Made by a program: the position numbers and the translations under genes
Assembly: GCA_964522795.1 (NCBI GenBank)
Contig: CAZFXD010000031.1
Coordinates: 1 to 26,926 of the forward strand
Origin: an uncultured Myxococcaceae bacterium
Lineage (GTDB): Bacteria; Myxococcota; Myxococcia; Myxococcales; Myxococcaceae
Direction of reading: 5' to 3'
DNA length: 26,926 nt
Shown: positions 23,796-26,926 of the stretch, in pieces
Numbering within the stretch: the first letter of the stretch is position 1
Layout: each line of letters begins with the position of its first letter
Notes under the pieces: model-generated
The model's database searches: none
The model's input: only the letters and a program-made list of their open reading frames with translations
What the model was told of the DNA's origin: nothing

Positions 23796-26700
23796 TCAAC
23801 CACGGGCACGGCGTCGCCGCGCGGCGGGGCCGAGGGCCAGCAACCCCGCGACCACCGCCGCCCCGGGCGTTCCCGCGCAGCCGCAGCCTTTGGGCGGGGT
23901 GACGGTCTGCTCAGGCGGCGTGCCCTGCTCAACCACCACCTCGAAGTGGCAGCTGGCCTGGTTTCTCGAGGCGTCGGTGGCGACGGCCGTGACCGTGGTG
24001 GTGCCGACGGGGAACCGAACCGACGCCGCCGGGGTGACTGTGATTTTCGGGCGCGGGTCGACGGTGTCGGTGGCGTTGACGTCATAGGTGAGCGCCACGG
24101 GCATGCCGTCACTGGACCAGGCGTGCAGGGACTCGGGGCAGGCGACGGTCGGGGGCGTGGTGTCTTTCACCGACACGTCATACCGGCAGGTTGAGCGATT
24201 GCCGGTGGCGTCGCTGGCGACCAGCGTGATGGGGGTGATGCCTGGCGGTAGCCACTGGCCGGGCGACGGCGTGGCGCGCAGCACCGGAGACGGGTCGGCG
24301 TTGTCACTCACCCGCGGGAGTGCTTCGAACGGAGCGCCCGCGCTGCTGCGCGCCTCGAGCACCGAGGGCGTGCACTCGATGGACGGGCCGGTGGTGTCGA
24401 CCACCAGCACGCGGAAGGTGCAGGTCGACGTGTTCCCCAGCGAGTCTTTGGAGACCACCGAGACGTCGCGCGGGCCGAGCGCGAACAGCGTCCCGGAGGC
24501 CGGCGTGGCAACGACCGACGGAGCGGGGTCCACCAGATCGATGGAGACCGGCGCGAAGGTCACGCTGGTGCCGTTGGGCGACGTCGCCTCCACCACGCGC
24601 GTCTCGGGGCAGGTCAGCCGCGGGCCCGAGGTGTCGCGCACCGTGAGCACGAAGCTGCAGCTCGCCGCATTCCCCGCCTTGTCGGTGGAGGTGGCGGTCA
24701 CGTTGGTCATGCCCAGGGGAAACGTGCCGCCGCTGGGCGGGCTCGAAGTGATGACGGGAGAGGGGTCCTGGAGATCGCTCGTCAGCTGCGACACCACCAC
24801 CACCGCGCCCGCGGCGCTCTGGGCTTCGAAGGTCTGATTGAGGCAGGTGATGGTGGGCGGCGTGGTGTCGCGACGAATGGTCACCGTGCGGGTGATGATG
24901 CCTCCGGCCGAGGCCGCGGTGCACGAGGCCGTGAAGACGCCATCCTGGGTGAAGGTGTAGGTGGTCCCGCACCCGGCGCCGGGCGTGGCAGCCGTCTCGG
25001 GATCGCTGACTGAGAAGGTCACCGTCACGTTCGACCGGTAGAACCCGTTCACCAGCGTGCCTGAGATGTTGGGGGTGATGATGGGGGGCGTGGTGTCGGC
25101 CACCATCTTGTAGAGCTCGCGGTCCATCGTCGCGTCCGACGCGGCGAGATAGATGTTGCCGCCCACGCCCAACGCCGGGCCGGGCGATGAAGAAGCGGCG
25201 CCGGGGGCGATATCGGTCACCAGCAACGTGCCGGCCTGCGTTCCGTCGGTGACCCACGGCTCGGCGCCATGCACGCCGTCGTCGGCAGAGAAGTACACCG
25301 ACGCGCCGACGGTGGAGAGGTTGCTCGGGTTGCTGCTCTGGGCCCCCGGGTTGATGTCCAGCAAGAGGTTGGTCCCGGCGGTGGTGCCGTCGGAAGCCCA
25401 CAGCTCGACGCCTTCGCTCGCGGTGCGCGCCGCGAAGATGACCTGGCTCCCCAGCGCGGCGAAGCCGCCGAACGCGGTGCCCGTGCTCCCGGGAGTGAGG
25501 TCGCGCGTCATGAAGGTGCCGGCCCGGGTGCCGTCGGACCGCCACAGCTCACGGCCGCTCACGCCGTCGTCGGCGATGAAGAAGACGTTGGACCCCGCGG
25601 CCACGATGGGATCATTGAGCGCGAGCGCGTCAGCTCCGCCGTCGGCGATGTCCGCCACCAGGAGCGTGCCGGCGTCGGTGCCGTCGCTCCGCCACAGTTC
25701 GCGGCCGGTCACCCCGTCGTTCGCGCTGAAGTAGACGACGTCATTCATCACCACCAGCGAGTCGGGGTTGCTGTCAGCGGCACCGGAGCGCAGATCTCTC
25801 ACCACGTAGCTCCCGGGCGTGCCGTCGGTGTGGAACAGCTCGATGCCCAGTCCGGTCCGCCCGGCTGAGAAGTAGAGCGCGTTCGAGGTGGCGACGAGCG
25901 CGTGCGGGCTGCCGCCGAACAGGCCAGGCGTGGTGTCGATGGCGAGGGCGATGCCACCGTCGGGCGCGGGGTACCGCCAGAGCTCCGGGCCGATCACCCC
26001 GTCGTTGAGTTGGAACCACGCCGCGCCCTTGAACGCACAGAGCTCCACCGGGTTGGCGTTGGCGGGGCCCGCGGCGACGTCGCGAATCAGCCGGGTGCCC
26101 GCATCGGTGCCGTCAGTGCGCCAGAGCTCGACGCCGCTGTCCGGCCGAAACCCGGCGAAGACGACTTCAGAGCCCAGCGAGACCGCGCGGGAAAAGCCAC
26201 CTGATTCCGGGCCGGGTCGAACGTCGGCGACCAGCCGCGTGCCCCCGGCCGTGCCGTCGGTCATCCACGGCTCCTGTCCTGACACGCCGTTGGTGGCCCG
26301 AAAGAGCAGTTGGGTGCCGAAGGCGACGAACGAGCTCGGGTCGGAGGAGGTCGGTCCGCCGGTGCGGTACCGCGTGGTGCCCGCGGGCGTGCCATCGGTC
26401 TTCCACAGCTCCGCCCCGGCCACGTCGGTGCCACCGCCGCGGGCGGAGGCGAACACCACGGAGCTGCCCAGGGTGCGCGCGCTGAACAAGCCACCGCCGG
26501 GTGGGCCCGGCGCGACGTCGGCCAGCATCACCGTGCCGATGGAGGTGCCGTCGCTGACCCAGGGTTCAGCGCCGTTCACGCCGTCGTTCCCCATGAAGAC
26601 GACCGAGTTTCCGAGCGCGGTGAGCGGGTGCGCGATGTTCACGAAGAACGCCGTGGTGCCCACGCCGCTCGAGCTCCCCGGGTTGAGGTCTCGCACCAGG

Positions 26701-26926
26701 AAGGTCCCCGGGCCGGTGCCGTCGGTTCGATACAGCTCGTACCCCTCGGTGGAGGTGTAGGCGACGAAGAACAGCTGACTGCCGGCCGGTGTCATGGAGA
26801 CGATGGCGGGGCCGGTGGTTCCGGCGATGAGCTCTTTGACCAACACGGGCGTGCTGAACGCGCTGTCCAGGCGCCACAGCTCGGGGCCGGTGTCCTGGAA
26901 CGGTGAGACCGGGTTCTTCCCCGAGG
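23796..26926 (-). CDS. Cell-surface repeat protein with ELWxxDGT repeats, HYR-like domains and a MYXO-CTERM sorting signal. The N-terminus lies beyond the window.
   Basis: About 12 tandem ~50-aa units carry the signature ELWRTDGT/ELWKTDGT/EPWVTDGT. Four or five units carry TTPPTITC/TSGPRLTCPE/TTGPSIECTPS/TTPPTVACPES. The C-terminus GCGCAGTPGAAVVAGLLALGPAARRRRARG is a MYXO-CTERM tail. The reading frame stays open from 26846 to the window edge and still encodes ELWRLD, so the gene is truncated at its 5' end. Confidence 0.9.
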   Translation of the reverse strand, partial: SGKNPVSPFQDTGPELWRLDSAFSTPVLVKELIAGTTGPAIVSMTPAGSQLFFVAYTSTEGYELYRTDGTGPGTFLVRDLNPGSSSGVGTTAFFVNIAHPLTALGNSVVFMGNDGVNGAEPWVSDGTSIGTVMLADVAPGPPGGGLFSARTLGSSVVFASARGGGTDVAGAELWKTDGTPAGTTRYRTGGPTSSDPSSFVAFGTQLLFRATNGVSGQEPWMTDGTAGGTRLVADVRPGPESGGFSRAVSLGSEVVFAGFRPDSGVELWRTDGTDAGTRLIRDVAAGPANANPVELCAFKGAAWFQLNDGVIGPELWRYPAPDGGIALAIDTTPGLFGGSPHALVATSNALYFSAGRTGLGIELFHTDGTPGSYVVRDLRSGAADSNPDSLVVMNDVVYFSANDGVTGRELWRSDGTDAGTLLVADIADGGADALALNDPIVAAGSNVFFIADDGVSGRELWRSDGTRAGTFMTRDLTPGSTGTAFGGFAALGSQVIFAARTASEGVELWASDGTTAGTNLLLDINPGAQSSNPSNLSTVGASVYFSADDGVHGAEPWVTDGTQAGTLLVTDIAPGAASSSPGPALGVGGNIYLAASDATMDRELYKMVADTTPPIITPNISGTLVNGFYRSNVTVTFSVSDPETAATPGAGCGTTYTFTQDGVFTASCTAASAGGIITRTVTIRRDTTPPTITCLNQTFEAQSAAGAVVVVSQLTSDLQDPSPVITSSPPSGGTFPLGMTNVTATSTDKAGNAASCSFVLTVRDTSGPRLTCPETRVVEATSPNGTSVTFAPVSIDLVDPAPSVVATPASGTLFALGPRDVSVVSKDSLGNTSTCTFRVLVVDTTGPSIECTPSVLEARSSAGAPFEALPRVSDNADPSPVLRATPSPGQWLPPGITPITLVASDATGNRSTCRYDVSVKDTTPPTVACPESLHAWSSDGMPVALTYDVNATDTVDPRPKITVTPAASVRFPVGTTTVTAVATDASRNQASCHFEVVVEQGTPPEQTVTPPKGCGCAGTPGAAVVAGLLALGPAARRRRARG
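23799..23888 (-). other. MYXO-CTERM C-terminal sorting tag
   Basis: GCGC motif, a hydrophobic stretch AAVVAGLLALG, then a basic tail RRRRARG at the extreme C-terminus. Confidence 0.8.
25100..26926 (-). repeat. Intragenic tandem ELWxxDGT repeat array
   Basis: Repeating protein units of the form ...G-[ST]-ELW-[RK]-[ST]-DGT-x-AGT-x-L-[VI]-x-D-[IV]-x-PG... visible in the translation. Coordinates are approximate. Confidence 0.7.

Noticed and set aside
24088-25868. Several ORFs (plus-strand 249 aa and 193 aa, minus-strand 413 aa) inside the ELWxxDGT/HYR gene
   Set aside because: The minus-strand frame 23796-26926 yields coherent ELWxxDGT and HYR repeats and a MYXO-CTERM tail. The others are alternate frames of it.
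1-26926. Mobile elements, CRISPR arrays, tRNA/rRNA genes
   Set aside because: No transposase or integrase-like ORFs and no terminal inverted repeats flanking a block. No regularly spaced direct repeats and no tRNA-like cloverleaf candidates were visible in the few non-coding stretches. The only tandem repeats are intragenic protein repeats (ELWxxDGT, HYR).

Overview
This 26.9-kb window has very high GC and almost certainly comes from a myxobacterium (Myxococcota). The strongest pointers are a surface protein with ELWxxDGT repeats, HYR-like repeats and a MYXO-CTERM tail (GCGC...RRRRARG); several lipoproteins with Cys-lipobox signal peptides; and a sigma-54 enhancer-binding protein (bEBP). I found no rRNA, tRNA, CRISPR array, transposase or integrase. 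Gene calls rest on protein-family motifs I recognised in the supplied translations, on RBS and start-codon context, and on amino-acid composition. At this GC content long Arg/Pro/Gly-rich off-frame and antisense ORFs are expected, so I rejected those.

Gene content, left to right:
- a Gly-rich lipoprotein running off the left edge;
- an NtrC-family sigma-54 activator (281-1612, minus strand) facing a near-consensus sigma-54 -24/-12 promoter (1691-1706), which drives a small soluble protein and a YqiK/flotillin-like SPFH protein, ending in an intrinsic terminator;
- a standalone C39-like papain-fold cysteine peptidase followed by a single-TM protein;
- a minus-strand operon of a DUF1592-family CxxCH lipoprotein, a Tat-exported DUF1552 protein and a 90-aa protein;
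- a polytopic membrane protein that may have a GT-C fold;
- glutaryl-CoA dehydrogenase (gcdH) and a hotdog thioesterase;
- a Cys-rich vWA lipoprotein and a divergent lipoprotein;
- an AT-richer non-coding island preceding a small Lys-tailed protein;
- a hypothetical 511-aa protein and an RluA-family pseudouridine synthase;
- an operon of a GT2 glycosyltransferase (with an unusual C-terminal PglD-N-like Rossmann domain) and a CPBP intramembrane protease;
- a 1079-aa helical-repeat protein;
- a large ELWxxDGT/HYR/MYXO-CTERM surface protein running off the right edge.

The most interesting candidates for undescribed biology, in my order of interest:
1. The sigma-54/bEBP-controlled flotillin module and the orphan C39-like peptidase pair next to it.
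2. The conserved but functionally unknown DUF1592-CxxCH / DUF1552 secreted pair.
3. The GT2-PglD_N plus CPBP operon adjacent to a MYXO-CTERM surface adhesin.
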